DNA of 64,000 bases from Thermodesulfobacteriota bacterium. GTDB taxonomy: Bacteria; Desulfobacterota_D; UBA1144; Nemesobacterales; Nemesobacteraceae. The translations under genes and the position numbers were made by a program. Below, one piece after another: positions 19,360-29,459 of the stretch. The stretch covers positions 881,315-945,314 of the forward strand of contig OZ220700.1 of assembly GCA_965116725.1 (NCBI GenBank), written 5' to 3'. The notes below the pieces were generated by a model that ran no database searches, was not told the DNA's origin, and saw nothing but the letters and a program-made list of their open reading frames with translations. The stretch's first letter is position 1. Every line of letters starts with the position of its first letter.

Positions 19360-21066
19360 TCTGAGCTTGAGCCCGCTTTCGTGCCTGTCCCATGTGGAAT
19401 CGGATATGTTCTTTAATTCCGAAACCGCAATCTTCTGGGTCGAGGTAAGTGGAAACTCCTCGTAAACTTCAATGAACCTTGGAACCATGGCCACCATAAC
19501 CTTCTCGGCCATCCATTCGCAGAATTCCACGGGATCGAAATCCGCCCCTTCCTTGAGTATCAAGTTGAGCTTGATCTCGTCATCCGATATGTCGGGCAGT
19601 CTAATACCTACGGCCACCGCCTCCCGAACTGAAGGATGTTCCTCGGAGACATCGGCCACCGCTACGGGATCAACGTTCTCTCCCGACACGCGTATCCTGC
19701 TGTAGCGGCCCATGAAGTAGTATCTCCCGTCGGTTCCCGCGGCAAACAGGTCATCCGAATTGAAAAAACCCTGGTCGTCAAAAGCGTTTTTCGTTCTTCT
19801 CTCGTCCTTGAAGTATTCATCGAGGGTCGTGTGCGGAACCAGGGGCTTTATGAAAAGAAGTCCTTTTTCCTCCTCGGCGGGAGCGGGGTTCTTATCCACA
19901 TCCCAGAGTCTGTCTATTATCTCGTCTGTGTTCAGGGGATCTCTTATCTCAAGATGGTATCCCTCGACGGGAAATCCGCATGAGCCCGGCTTTTCATCCT
20001 CGGGATCTTTCCAGAGCGGCATTCCCATCTCAGTAGATCCGTAGCCCTCAACTATCTTCGTGTTGAACCTTTCCTCGAACTCGCGAAGCTTTTTAGGCGC
20101 GGGCCCTGAAAGCATCATCCTTATCCCATGCTTTGAATCCCACTCCGACAGCGGAGAAGCCCATATGTATTCTGGCACCGCTCCCAGCATGTTCGCCCCG
20201 GTCGCGCCGCAGCCCGCCGCCCACTTCCAGAAATTGGAAGCGGAGAACCTCGGGAAGAAAACGGCCGAACCGCCAACGGCTATCGAGACAAAAAGGCACA
20301 TTACCTGGGCGTTTGCGTGCCCAAGGGAAAGAACCGTCATCAAGACGTCCTCGCTTCTTAGCCCTTGCTGCTGTATGAAGGAGCGTACCGTCATTATCAC
20401 TCCTCCGTGATCGCGGATAACCCCCTTGGGCATACCCGTGGTGCCGGAAGTGAACATGCACCTTTCCTTATCGGCAATCGTCACGTCGACTCCTGGATTT
20501 TCGGATGAGTACTGGTCAAAAGCGGAAAAAGGAAGTGCCCTTATGCCCCCTATATCCGTCGGAGCATCCTCCGATACAAGAAAGATTGCCTCGAGGTTCT
20601 CAAGCTTGTCCGCTATCTCGCTTATGTAGGGAAGGCTCTGGGTATCAACCACGAGCACCCGCATCTCGGAGTAGTTTATTACGTAAGCCAGCCTGTCGCC
20701 TTTTTCATCCTTGTTTATCGGGACCTGAACGGCGCCAGATTTGTGCGCGGCGATAATCGATATGACGTACTCTGAACAGTTGAGCATGTACATGCCTACC
20801 TTGTCCCCTTTTTTTATTCCGAACTCCCCGACAAGACCGTTTGCCACCCTGTTCGCCCAGGCGTTGGTTTCCCCGTAACTGTAGCTTTCAGCTACGTTGC
20901 CGTCCGAATCCCCAAGGCTGAACATCGTTTTTTCTGGGTATGACTCAGCCCCAGCTTCAAGGTATCTGGTTATTGGAAGCCACTTGTCGGTATCGTCTAA
21001 TGGGCCGTTTGGAAGAGTCCCCTTTCCTATATATTTTTCGTCTCTCGGACGCAAAGGCAGTTTCAT
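19348..21066 (-). CDS. AMP-dependent synthetase/ligase, paralogue B
   Basis: Roughly 70% identical by eye to 16506..18227 over the full length. The start at 21066 (MKLPLRPRD, AGAGGA upstream) aligns with MQLLFKPRD of paralogue A. The track start at 21102 is an alternative. Confidence 0.8.
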   Translation of the reverse strand: MKLPLRPRDEKYIGKGTLPNGPLDDTDKWLPITRYLEAGAESYPEKTMFSLGDSDGNVAESYSYGETNAWANRVANGLVGEFGIKKGDKVGMYMLNCSEYVISIIAAHKSGAVQVPINKDEKGDRLAYVINYSEMRVLVVDTQSLPYISEIADKLENLEAIFLVSEDAPTDIGGIRALPFSAFDQYSSENPGVDVTIADKERCMFTSGTTGMPKGVIRDHGGVIMTVRSFIQQQGLRSEDVLMTVLSLGHANAQVMCLFVSIAVGGSAVFFPRFSASNFWKWAAGCGATGANMLGAVPEYIWASPLSEWDSKHGIRMMLSGPAPKKLREFEERFNTKIVEGYGSTEMGMPLWKDPEDEKPGSCGFPVEGYHLEIRDPLNTDEIIDRLWDVDKNPAPAEEEKGLLFIKPLVPHTTLDEYFKDERRTKNAFDDQGFFNSDDLFAAGTDGRYYFMGRYSRIRVSGENVDPVAVADVSEEHPSVREAVAVGIRLPDISDDEIKLNLILKEGADFDPVEFCEWMAEKVMVAMVPRFIEVYEEFPLTSTQKIAVSELKNISDSTWDRHESGLKLRSRK

Positions 21067-21264
21067 TTTTTTCCTCTTGGGTATTTCAGTATCAGAATAC
21101 AAATCGGAACTTTTGACGGTTCTTAACCATTGTCTATTCTGAGCATCCTAGTTTACCTGAAAAACAATTGACCAGAACTTGATATCAACACGTTTGCGGC
21201 CTAACGGGTTATTGTGCGTTTTCTTTAAACTGACAAGAACGCTGTTCAAAGGACCTCCGCTTAA

Positions 21265-21305
21265 TTTTGTACAATTTGAAAATGCTACTTTCAAATTGTA
21301 CAAAA
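21265..21305. repeat. perfect 17-bp inverted repeat with a 7-nt spacer in the kef / ligase-B intergenic region
   Basis: TTTTGTACAATTTGAAA (21265-21281), atgctac, TTTCAAATTGTACAAAA (21289-21305). Confidence 0.9.
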
Positions 21306-21386
21306 GGCCCCAGTACCGCACATTAACTCTCCAATTAAAATAGCCTGAATCGGCTAAAGCATGACCGGGTTCAGGAAAAAGGCTTA

Positions 21387-23162
21387 TCAAGGTTTCTTTT
21401 CGACGCGGAGACTGGTTTTTTTGTCTTCTTTGAAAAGCTCCTTCAGTTCCTGCGTCGTATCAAACACATCTTCAGGAACCCCGGTTTTATCGTGGTAAAC
21501 CGCCATCTGATTATCCAGAGCTTGGGCATCGTGTTCCCGAAAAACTTGAATTATCTCCGCCGCATCGGTCGGGGATAACCCCAGATGCTCAAGCAGTTGA
21601 GTTGAAAGAGCAAGGCTTGAAAGCAGAGTCTCGCGAATCACGGAGGTCACTCCAAGCTCGCGGAGCTTTATTTCGTGAAAACGATTCCTAGCACGCGCCA
21701 TGATTTTAAGGTTCGGAAAGGAGCTAGATACCTGACTGACTATTTTCAGAGACGATTCGACATCGTCGATCGCCACGACGATCGCAGGAGCCCGGTCAAT
21801 ATGAGCGGACAGCAGAACCCGCAGGCTCGATGCGTTGCCATAGTATGTTTCGCTTGCAAACTGACGAACGAAGTCAACCCTCTTGGGATCAAGTTCAATC
21901 ACCGTGAATGGAATTTCAAGTATGGTCAGTATTCGGGCTACGGTCTGGCCGAACGGACCAAAACCTACGATGATAACGGAATTTTGCGATCCATGGGTTT
22001 CCTCTAACGGCGCAGGTGCTCTGTCCTTTTCGGCACCGAACCGGGAACCGAGAGCAACGAGAAAAGGTGTTGCCGCCATTGACAACGTTACCACCAAAAC
22101 GGCGATATCGACAACGAATTGATCTACAAGCTGCGCCGTAACGCCTATGGTAAACAGAATAAAGGCAAACTCCCCGCCCTGGGAAAGCACAAGTCCCGTC
22201 CGTACCGCTTCATCGTGCTTAAGACCCTGCAATCTGGCAAGCGGGTATATAACGAGCGATTTTACGACCATGAGAACCGCAGTCAGTCCGACGATCAAAA
22301 GCGGCTTGCTGATCAACAAACCCAGGTTGGCCGACATGCCAACCGCAATGAAGAAAAGACCCACAAGCAGCCCCTTAAAGGGCATTACGTCCGCTTCAAG
22401 CTGGTGACGATACTCAGAATCGGCAACCATAACGCCCGCCACGAAAGCCCCGAGCCCCATTGAAAAACCGATGCTGTGCATCGCCAAGGCGGCGCCTGTC
22501 ACGAGCGTAAGCGCGGCAGCCGTGAAAAGTTCATGGATCCCCGTGGAGGCAACAAAACGCAGGGCGGGGCGAAGCGTAAACCGAGCAACCACGAATCCAG
22601 CCACAACAGCGATAAGAAGCAGCAAGTTCAACGACACCGAATCCCCAGGCTTAGAAGACAAGATGCCTATTAAAGCTATTGCAGGGATAACGGCAACATC
22701 CTGCATAAGCAGCGTGCCGAAAGCCGCACGTCCATGGGGCCTGTTGAATTCCCTGTGCTCCCCGAGCCACTGCACGACAAACGCCGTGCTTGAAAGAGCA
22801 AGAGAGAACCCGATCAGCATTGACGCAGACGTTCCCATCCCCAACAACATAAAACAGAACACCGCAATGACGACTGAAGTGATAAGGATCTGGGTTATAC
22901 CCAGCCCGAAGAGAAATCTCCGCATGGTCCAGAGACGATGCGGACGAAGTTCGAGGCCGATGAGAAACATCAACAGAACGATTCCGAACTCAGCGAAGTG
23001 CAGAACTTCCGTTGCATTGCCCACAAGCCCGAACACGCCTGGACCGATCAGCAATCCAACAAGCAGATACCCAAGCACGCTGCTCAATCCGAACTTACGG
23101 CAGACAGGAACAACGACAATCGTTGCCAGCAGAAAAATGAAAGCTTCAACCAGGAGGTCCAT
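21387..23162 (-). CDS. monovalent cation:proton antiporter-2 (CPA2) protein with a C-terminal TrkA-N/RCK domain (KefB/KefC-like)
   Basis: 591 aa. A polytopic N-terminal Na+/H+-exchanger domain is followed by VIIVGFGPFGQTVARIL (Rossmann GxGxxG). Confidence 0.85.
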   Translation of the reverse strand: MDLLVEAFIFLLATIVVVPVCRKFGLSSVLGYLLVGLLIGPGVFGLVGNATEVLHFAEFGIVLLMFLIGLELRPHRLWTMRRFLFGLGITQILITSVVIAVFCFMLLGMGTSASMLIGFSLALSSTAFVVQWLGEHREFNRPHGRAAFGTLLMQDVAVIPAIALIGILSSKPGDSVSLNLLLLIAVVAGFVVARFTLRPALRFVASTGIHELFTAAALTLVTGAALAMHSIGFSMGLGAFVAGVMVADSEYRHQLEADVMPFKGLLVGLFFIAVGMSANLGLLISKPLLIVGLTAVLMVVKSLVIYPLARLQGLKHDEAVRTGLVLSQGGEFAFILFTIGVTAQLVDQFVVDIAVLVVTLSMAATPFLVALGSRFGAEKDRAPAPLEETHGSQNSVIIVGFGPFGQTVARILTILEIPFTVIELDPKRVDFVRQFASETYYGNASSLRVLLSAHIDRAPAIVVAIDDVESSLKIVSQVSSSFPNLKIMARARNRFHEIKLRELGVTSVIRETLLSSLALSTQLLEHLGLSPTDAAEIIQVFREHDAQALDNQMAVYHDKTGVPEDVFDTTQELKELFKEDKKTSLRVEKKP

Positions 23163-23405
23163 CTGACCTCCTGAGGAACGGACTTGAATCCTGCTCTCTT
23201 AAAACTTCTCTTTGTTTAACCAACTCAGACATGGCTTAACAGGCTTAACTCCTTCGGAACTTTGCGCTCACACTGAAATGTGGGCAAGTAAAAACAGGCC
23301 GTAAACCGCTTTTTCGGTTCAGGACCGCATTTGGGGAAAAATCCGGTCAAAATGCTGTCCTATGCTCTAAATATGTTAATAAGTCGAAAGGGGTTCTCAA
23401 GCAGG

Positions 23406-23434
23406 AAAAAAAACGGGAAAGCCGTATCGGCTTT
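23406..23434 (-). terminator. intrinsic terminator of trpEG
   Basis: The minus strand reads taAAGCCgatacGGCTTTcccgtttttttt, starting at the trpG stop codon. Confidence 0.55.
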
Positions 23435-24023
23435 ACCCATAGCAGTCGATAAAGTTTCTTAGAAGATCCTTCCCGCACTCCGTAAGGATGGACTCGGGGT
23501 GAAACTGAACGCCCTCAACGGGAAGTTCTCTGTGCCTTATCCCCATGATTTCACCCTCCTTGGTCCAAGCGGAAATTTCGAAGTCGGACGGAAGGGATGC
23601 CTCTTCCACCAGAAGTGAATGGTATCTCGTAGCTTCAAAGGGATTCGGAAGATCCTTATAGATGGTTTTTCCGTCGTGGAGGATCGGGGAAGTTTTTCCG
23701 TGCAGAAGCCTCTCTGCCTGGATTATGTTCGCCCCGTACGCATAGCCCACCGCCTGGTGACCCAGGCAGACGCCGAGAATGGGTTTTTTCCCGACATACC
23801 TTTTTATTATGTCGACCGAAAGCCCAGCCTCTTTGGGAGTGCAGGGCCCAGGAGAGATTACGATTATGTCGGGGTCAAGATCATCCACGAAACCGAAATC
23901 AAGACTGTCGTTTCTCCTCACCTCGATCTGCTGACCGAGTTCCCCCAAGTAGTGGACCAAGTTGTAGGTAAAGGAATCGTAATTATCAATCATCAGAATC
24001 ATTTTCCCCTTGCTCCCGGTCAT
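23433..24023 (-). CDS. trpG: anthranilate synthase component II (glutamine amidotransferase; TrpG/PabA type)
   Basis: ILMIDNYDSFTYNLVHYL, GVCLGHQ (catalytic Cys) and the HPES triad region. 1-nt overlap with trpE. Confidence 0.85.
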   Translation of the reverse strand: MTGSKGKMILMIDNYDSFTYNLVHYLGELGQQIEVRRNDSLDFGFVDDLDPDIIVISPGPCTPKEAGLSVDIIKRYVGKKPILGVCLGHQAVGYAYGANIIQAERLLHGKTSPILHDGKTIYKDLPNPFEATRYHSLLVEEASLPSDFEISAWTKEGEIMGIRHRELPVEGVQFHPESILTECGKDLLRNFIDCYG

Positions 24024-25510
24024 CAGAGTCCGTCCTCCGCGAGCTCAACCGATTTCACCAAGGCCTTTACCTTGTTAACCGTTTCCTGATACTCGGTTTC
24101 GGGATCCGAATCTGCCACTATGCCAGCCCCCGCCTGTATGTAGATTTTGCCGTCTTTTATCACAAACGTTCTTATGGTTATGCAACTGTCCATATTGCCC
24201 GAAAAACTGAAGTAGCAGACGCATCCCCCGTATGCCCCTCTCGTCGTCGGCTCGGTTTCCTCGATTATCTCCATTGCCCTTACCTTCGGCGCTCCGGAAA
24301 GAGTGCCTGCGGGAAAAGTCGCCTTTATGACGTCAAAGGCATCCGCTCCCTCGGCAATCAGGGCCGTCACGTTCGAAACTATATGCATCACGTGGGAATA
24401 TCTCTCCACGATCATGAAATCGTCCACTTTGACCGTGCCCGTGTTGGAAACTCTTCCCAGATCGTTTCTCGCGAGATCAACGAGCATTATGTGCTCGGCC
24501 CTCTCCTTGGGGTCCGCAATGAGTTCGGCCGCGAGGCCTTCGTCCTCGGAGGCGGTTTTTCCTCTCGGCCGCGTTCCGGCTATCGGACGGCTCGCGATTC
24601 TTTCCCCCTCGACCCTTACCATCACCTCCGGAGAAGATCCGGTGAGTATCTCATCACCCATCCTCAGAAAAAACATGTACGGAGAAGGGTTTAATATCCT
24701 GAGCGCCCTGTAGAGATCGAAAGGATCGACCCTCAGGTCCGTCTTCCATCTCTGGGAGATCACTGCCTGTATTATGTCCCCTGATTTTATGTACTCCTTG
24801 GTCCTGAGAACCGCATCTTTGAAGTGTGCGGGTTCGAAATTGGATTCGATCTTGAATTCTTCCTCGCCAACATCCTGGGGAATGCCGTTGGTAAACTTTT
24901 CGCTAAGCGAATTTCTAAGCTTGCTTTTAAGTTCGGCTATTTTCGCAAGGGACTTTTCGTACTCCTCCTTCGCATTTTTAACGTCGGGAACATAGGCATT
25001 TGAGATGATCTTTATCTTGCTCGTAACGTTATCAAATCCCAAAACGGTATCCATTACCATGTAAACGGAGTCCCAGACCTTTAGCTCATCAGGAGAGGTA
25101 TCGGGAATATCCTCTATAAATCTGATTATGTCGTAACCGAAGTAACCGACTGCCCCACCGTGAAATCTCGGAAGCTCCTCCGAAGAAACCGGCCTGTATC
25201 GTGAAAGCAGATCCCGCAACGCCAGAATCGGGTCGCCCGTGAACGTTTCGGTTTCCCCGCTCGAGTGCATTATCTCGATGCTTTGACCCTTCGAGCGGAA
25301 TACCACCGAGGGTTCCGTGCCCAGAAAGCTGTAGCGCGCCCACTTGTCTCCGCCCTCCACGCTTTCGAATAGAAAAGAGTAACCGGGCGAGTCTATCTTC
25401 CTGAAAACCGAAACCGGAGTGTCGTAATCGGCCAGAACTTCCTCCCACACGGGTACGAGATTCCCGTGTTTGAGGTTCTCTAGGAACTGTTCGTAGGAGG
25501 GTGAAACCAT
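24023..25510 (-). CDS. trpE: anthranilate synthase component I
   Basis: LFESVEGG, IAGTRPRG, HIMLVDLARNDLGRV and GAYGG chorismate-binding motifs. The ATG at 25510 is preferred over the TTG at 25546. Confidence 0.85.
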   Translation of the reverse strand: MVSPSYEQFLENLKHGNLVPVWEEVLADYDTPVSVFRKIDSPGYSFLFESVEGGDKWARYSFLGTEPSVVFRSKGQSIEIMHSSGETETFTGDPILALRDLLSRYRPVSSEELPRFHGGAVGYFGYDIIRFIEDIPDTSPDELKVWDSVYMVMDTVLGFDNVTSKIKIISNAYVPDVKNAKEEYEKSLAKIAELKSKLRNSLSEKFTNGIPQDVGEEEFKIESNFEPAHFKDAVLRTKEYIKSGDIIQAVISQRWKTDLRVDPFDLYRALRILNPSPYMFFLRMGDEILTGSSPEVMVRVEGERIASRPIAGTRPRGKTASEDEGLAAELIADPKERAEHIMLVDLARNDLGRVSNTGTVKVDDFMIVERYSHVMHIVSNVTALIAEGADAFDVIKATFPAGTLSGAPKVRAMEIIEETEPTTRGAYGGCVCYFSFSGNMDSCITIRTFVIKDGKIYIQAGAGIVADSDPETEYQETVNKVKALVKSVELAEDGL

Positions 25511-25618
25511 GGAAGGAAATGATAAGACTCGAAAAACTAAAGTCAAGAAGAACGCCTTTTATAAATCCCCGGGGACATTATAATTAAGGGCTTAAAAAAC
25601 AAAGGAGTTACGTTAACG

Positions 25619-26980
25619 TTGATTCCCGACAAAGCTATATTCAGAGAATACGACATAAGGGGCATAGCGGGGGAGAGTATCACAGAAGAGGTCGTAGAGA
25701 GAATCGGAAAAGCCTACGGAACCATGGTGGCCGAGGACGGGGGGTCGGAGGTTTCCGTTGGATACGACTGCAGGAAGTCTTCCCCGGCATTCCGGGACGC
25801 GCTCTGCGAAGGAATAACCTCAACCGGCGTTAGTGTGGTCGACATAGGAATGGTAACGACCCCGATGGTTTATTTCTCCACCTTCACCTCAGGCGTCGAC
25901 GGCGGGGTGATGGTGACCGCCAGCCACAATCCCTCCGAGTACAACGGGCTTAAATTGTGCGTCGGGCAGAACTCCCTTTTCGGCGAAGGCATACAGAAAA
26001 TAAGAGAATCGGTCGAAGAGGGAAAGTTCAAAACGGGGAAGGGCAGAAAGAAACAGGCGGATATAATTGAGAGCTACCTCGAGTTTTTCGAGCAGAATCT
26101 TCATATAGAACCGGGGATAAAAGTCGCGGCCGACGGCGGCAACGGAACCGCAGGAGTGGCCTGCCCGCAGATACTCAGGAGATTCGGCTGCGAGGTTCAT
26201 GAGCTATACATGGACCCCGACGGGGATTTTCCGAACCACCACCCCGACCCCACGGTCGAGGAGAACCTCTCCGACATAAAGAAAAAGATCGTGGAAGCCG
26301 GCCTTGACGTGGGCTTGGCGTTTGACGGGGACGCAGACAGGATAGGAGTTGTCGATGAGCGGGGAAATTCAATAAGCGGAGACATGCTGCTACTTGTCTA
26401 TTCGCTCGATCTTCTCGAAACGAACCCGGGAGCGACCATAATTGGGGACGTTAAGTGTTCGGGAAACCTTTTCTCCAAGATACGGGAAGCCGGCGGAAAT
26501 CCCATCATGTGGAAAACGGGTCATTCGGTAATCAAGGACAAGATGAAGAAGGAGGGCGCCGAGCTAGGTGGAGAGATGAGCGGCCACATCTTCTTTAAAA
26601 ACAGGTTTTTCGGATACGACGACGCTCTTTACGCTGGACTTCGGCTTCTTGAAATCCTCTCGAAAACGGGAAAGAAGACCTCGGAACTGCTTACAGGGCT
26701 ACCTAAGACCTTCGCAACCCCGGAGATAAGAGTAGATTGTCCCGATGAAATCAAGTTTCAGGTAACGGAGGCGGTAAAGAAAAAGCTCGGGGGGCAAAAC
26801 GAAGTGATCGACATAGATGGAGTCAGGGTTGAGTATCCGGACGGATGGGGCCTTCTCAGGGCATCCAATACCCAGCCGGCTCTGGTGCTTCGTTTTGAAG
26901 CTCAGACGGAATCAAGGCTCGCAGAAATAAGGGAAACCGTGGAAAAAACCCTTAGGGAAACGATCAATGAGATCGGCTGA
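25619..26980 (+). CDS. phosphomannomutase/phosphoglucomutase
   Basis: IFREYDIRG, the active-site loop TASHNPSEYNGLK, the Mg loop FDGDADR and GEMSGH. TTG start with aaaggag upstream. Confidence 0.87.
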   Translation: MIPDKAIFREYDIRGIAGESITEEVVERIGKAYGTMVAEDGGSEVSVGYDCRKSSPAFRDALCEGITSTGVSVVDIGMVTTPMVYFSTFTSGVDGGVMVTASHNPSEYNGLKLCVGQNSLFGEGIQKIRESVEEGKFKTGKGRKKQADIIESYLEFFEQNLHIEPGIKVAADGGNGTAGVACPQILRRFGCEVHELYMDPDGDFPNHHPDPTVEENLSDIKKKIVEAGLDVGLAFDGDADRIGVVDERGNSISGDMLLLVYSLDLLETNPGATIIGDVKCSGNLFSKIREAGGNPIMWKTGHSVIKDKMKKEGAELGGEMSGHIFFKNRFFGYDDALYAGLRLLEILSKTGKKTSELLTGLPKTFATPEIRVDCPDEIKFQVTEAVKKKLGGQNEVIDIDGVRVEYPDGWGLLRASNTQPALVLRFEAQTESRLAEIRETVEKTLRETINEIG

Positions 26981-27388
26981 TCAGGAGCTCTCCCTTGCCG
27001 GGATAAACTTGTAGGAACTGATATCCGTCCCGTCTGGCGCTTTCTTTATCACCCCGACCGTAAGGCCCATCTCCTCTCCGAACTCAAGAGAATCGGGATC
27101 CTCGGTTTCAACCTGCGCCATCACCCTCACGCCTTCCGGAAAATCAACAAGAGCTAGAACATAGGGCACAGTGAATTCCGGCATGCTTCTTCTCACGACT
27201 GTAAAGGAATGCAGAATGCCTGTTGGGCTGAGAAGTCTCTCTTCCACGTCATCTGAAAAACTCACTGGGTCCGCAAGGTACCTCGGGAAGGTCCAGTTGT
27301 CGGATTCCTTGCAGTAACCCGCAATCAGCCTCACTCTGCCCTCATCGTCGGTTGTAAACAAATCCGGTCTGAAAATATCTTCGCTCAT
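26981..27388 (-). CDS. DUF35-type OB-fold protein (Zn-ribbon/OB, thiolase-associated family)
   Basis: 135 aa. GILHSFTVVRRS...PYVLALVDFPEGVRVMAQV is typical of the DUF35 OB-fold core. Confidence 0.65.
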   Translation of the reverse strand: MSEDIFRPDLFTTDDEGRVRLIAGYCKESDNWTFPRYLADPVSFSDDVEERLLSPTGILHSFTVVRRSMPEFTVPYVLALVDFPEGVRVMAQVETEDPDSLEFGEEMGLTVGVIKKAPDGTDISSYKFIPARESS

Positions 27389-27531
27389 GACTCTCTCTCC
27401 TTAAACGATCGTTTAGCGTGAAGGGAAATTATATACAACTGAAACCAGTTTTCAATTCCTGTAAAGACCCCCCGGCGGAGAAGCCCTCGTCCGGGTTTGT
27501 AAAAAAACAGGTGAATCCGTAGAATCCTTAC

Positions 27532-28326
27532 GTGGCGGAAAAAATCCCAAGAGCGCTTACCGTTGCCGGGTCCGATTCAGGAGGAGGGGCAGGGATCCAG
27601 GCTGACCTCAAGACTTTTACAGCCCTGGGAGTGTACGGTCTTTCCGTGCTCACCTCCGTCACCGCCCAGAACACGCTGGAGGTAAGCGCGATTCACGACC
27701 TTCCCGAGCAGTTCGTGGGGCTGCAGTTTGACGCCGTGATGAGCGACATAGGCTGCGACGCGGCGAAGCTGGGAATGCTTTCCAATGAAAAAATCATTGA
27801 GACCGTGGCGGAAAAAATAGACTTCTATGGAATTGAAAAGCTCGTTGTCGATCCCGTGATGAGTTCAAAAGGCGGGACCGCTCTTTTAAAAGACTCAACG
27901 GGACTTCTAAAAAAAGAGATTCTCCCAAGAGCGCTCATAGTGACTCCGAACATACCCGAGGCAGAAATACTGAGTTCTGTTAGCATAAGCGGCATAAGCG
28001 ATATGAAGACCGCAGCCGAGAAGATCCTCTCGTTTGGAGCGAAGGCGGTTCTTGTAAAAGGGGGGCATCTCGCAAAAGATCACCCGGCGGTAGATCTTTT
28101 TTTCGACGGGGAGACGTTTGAAGAACTGGTTAGCGAGAGAATCGAAACGAAGAATACTCATGGAACCGGCTGCACCTTTTCGGCGGCCGTGTGCGCTTTT
28201 CTGGCAAAGGGAATGCCACTTCCGGTTTCCCTCGAGAATTCGAAAGCCTTTGTGACGGAGGCGATAAGAAATTCTCTTGAAATCGGGAAGGGCCACGGAC
28301 CCCTTAATCACCTCAGAAAAACCTGA
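27532..28326 (+). CDS. thiD: hydroxymethylpyrimidine/phosphomethylpyrimidine kinase
   Basis: [32 protein letters not shown] and the C-terminal GTGCTFSAA. Confidence 0.9.
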   Translation: MAEKIPRALTVAGSDSGGGAGIQADLKTFTALGVYGLSVLTSVTAQNTLEVSAIHDLPEQFVGLQFDAVMSDIGCDAAKLGMLSNEKIIETVAEKIDFYGIEKLVVDPVMSSKGGTALLKDSTGLLKKEILPRALIVTPNIPEAEILSSVSISGISDMKTAAEKILSFGAKAVLVKGGHLAKDHPAVDLFFDGETFEELVSERIETKNTHGTGCTFSAAVCAFLAKGMPLPVSLENSKAFVTEAIRNSLEIGKGHGPLNHLRKT

Positions 28327-28351
28327 AAACCGCCGACTTCAAGCAATACTG

Positions 28352-28377
28352 TTTCTTGCGAGACAATTTCGACAAAA
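28352..28377 (+). repeat. left copy of a weak imperfect direct repeat bracketing the 28.5-29.3 kb gene
   Basis: tttcttgcgagacaatttcgacaaaa compared with tttctgccagacaaatttgtaacagc at 29434-29459: about 17 matches with 2 indels. This could be chance. Confidence 0.25.
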
Positions 28378-28482
28378 TTTTTATTTGGAAAAGGCCTGTA
28401 GTCGGTACTGGATGGACACTTTCAGCAGGGAAATCAAATTTTTTGACTATTGTATATAATTAGTGTCCGTCCGGAGCGCAGC

Positions 28483-29298
28483 ATGTTTGTCCAAGACATG
28501 GGACGCTCCGAAGGGTACAATGCGGCGAGCCGTAACGCCGGACTTTTTGCGAGGACAGAACACATGCCCGAAAACCGAACCGACCGAACGCATTCCGAAC
28601 CTGGAGCACGCCGGGTCAGGCTGGCAATTCCGGTGGCATTGTTCACGGTGCTGGTTATCGTGATTCTGACATTGGCGGGCATTGGGGCGCGTTACTGGGT
28701 CCGCGGGGATTTCAACGTTATTCATGCCCTGTTGATTCTGTTCCTTTCGATCAATCTGGTGATCTGCTATTGGGAAGTGTGCTTGTTCCTAAAACGCGAC
28801 TATATCGAGCGGCGTACCGAATATTGGCGCGAGCGCTGGCGGGAAACGGGCCGAAAACCGTCCACCGAATTCCTTACCACAAAGGTTCCGTTGACGAGGG
28901 TGTTGTCGCCGACGGTATGGGCGGATGTCTGGGCGACGTATTCCCAGTTCGACGGTTCCTACGCAGACCGGCGCACATACGGTTACACCGTGGATATTGC
29001 CAACGGCTTCGTGACCCCGATCCCGACATTGATTCTCTACGCCGCCTTCACCTTCGATATCTTGCCCGCTCCCGTCGCGGGAATCGTTGGAGTGATACTG
29101 TTCTGGCAGTTGACGTACATGACCTCAGTCTATTGGGTCAGTTTCTTCTCGGCCAATCGACAAACCCGAATCAGCCGAGCGGATATGTACATCTACATCT
29201 GGGGGATGAATTCTCCATGGGTGCTTTTCGCGCTACTGGGACTCTACGTCTCCATTCGTCTGATCGTAAACGGCGATTACAGCGTTTTGGGTTATTGA
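28483..29298 (+). CDS. polytopic membrane protein, possibly EXPERA/EBP (emopamil-binding-protein)-like; start uncertain (28483, 28498 or 28564)
   Basis: About 4-5 TM segments. WATYSQFDGSYADRRTYGYTVDIANGF resembles the W-x-(E/T)-Y...D-x-RY stretch of EBP-type proteins. Arg codons are mostly CGN, unlike the AGA/AGG-rich neighbours. Confidence 0.4.
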   Translation: MFVQDMGRSEGYNAASRNAGLFARTEHMPENRTDRTHSEPGARRVRLAIPVALFTVLVIVILTLAGIGARYWVRGDFNVIHALLILFLSINLVICYWEVCLFLKRDYIERRTEYWRERWRETGRKPSTEFLTTKVPLTRVLSPTVWADVWATYSQFDGSYADRRTYGYTVDIANGFVTPIPTLILYAAFTFDILPAPVAGIVGVILFWQLTYMTSVYWVSFFSANRQTRISRADMYIYIWGMNSPWVLFALLGLYVSIRLIVNGDYSVLGY

Positions 29299-29433
29299 TA
29301 ACGGTTCCCGGGGTTCGATGCTAATCGAGCTGACTGCCCCCGGGGCGTTATGCGGAATTCCTGTCAGAATGAATTGGAAGATGGGCAAGGCCGTTTAATT
29401 ACTTAGAAAAGAGCTGAAACTCCAAAACTTCTC

Positions 29434-29459
29434 TTTCTGCCAGACAAATTTGTAACAGC
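29434..29459 (+). repeat. right copy of the weak imperfect direct repeat
   Basis: See 28352-28377. Confidence 0.25.

Noticed and set aside
21148-21390. 80-aa minus-strand ORF between the kef-type gene and ligase B.
   Set aside because: It spans the 17-bp perfect palindrome and AT-rich intergenic sequence, and I saw no RBS or family resemblance.
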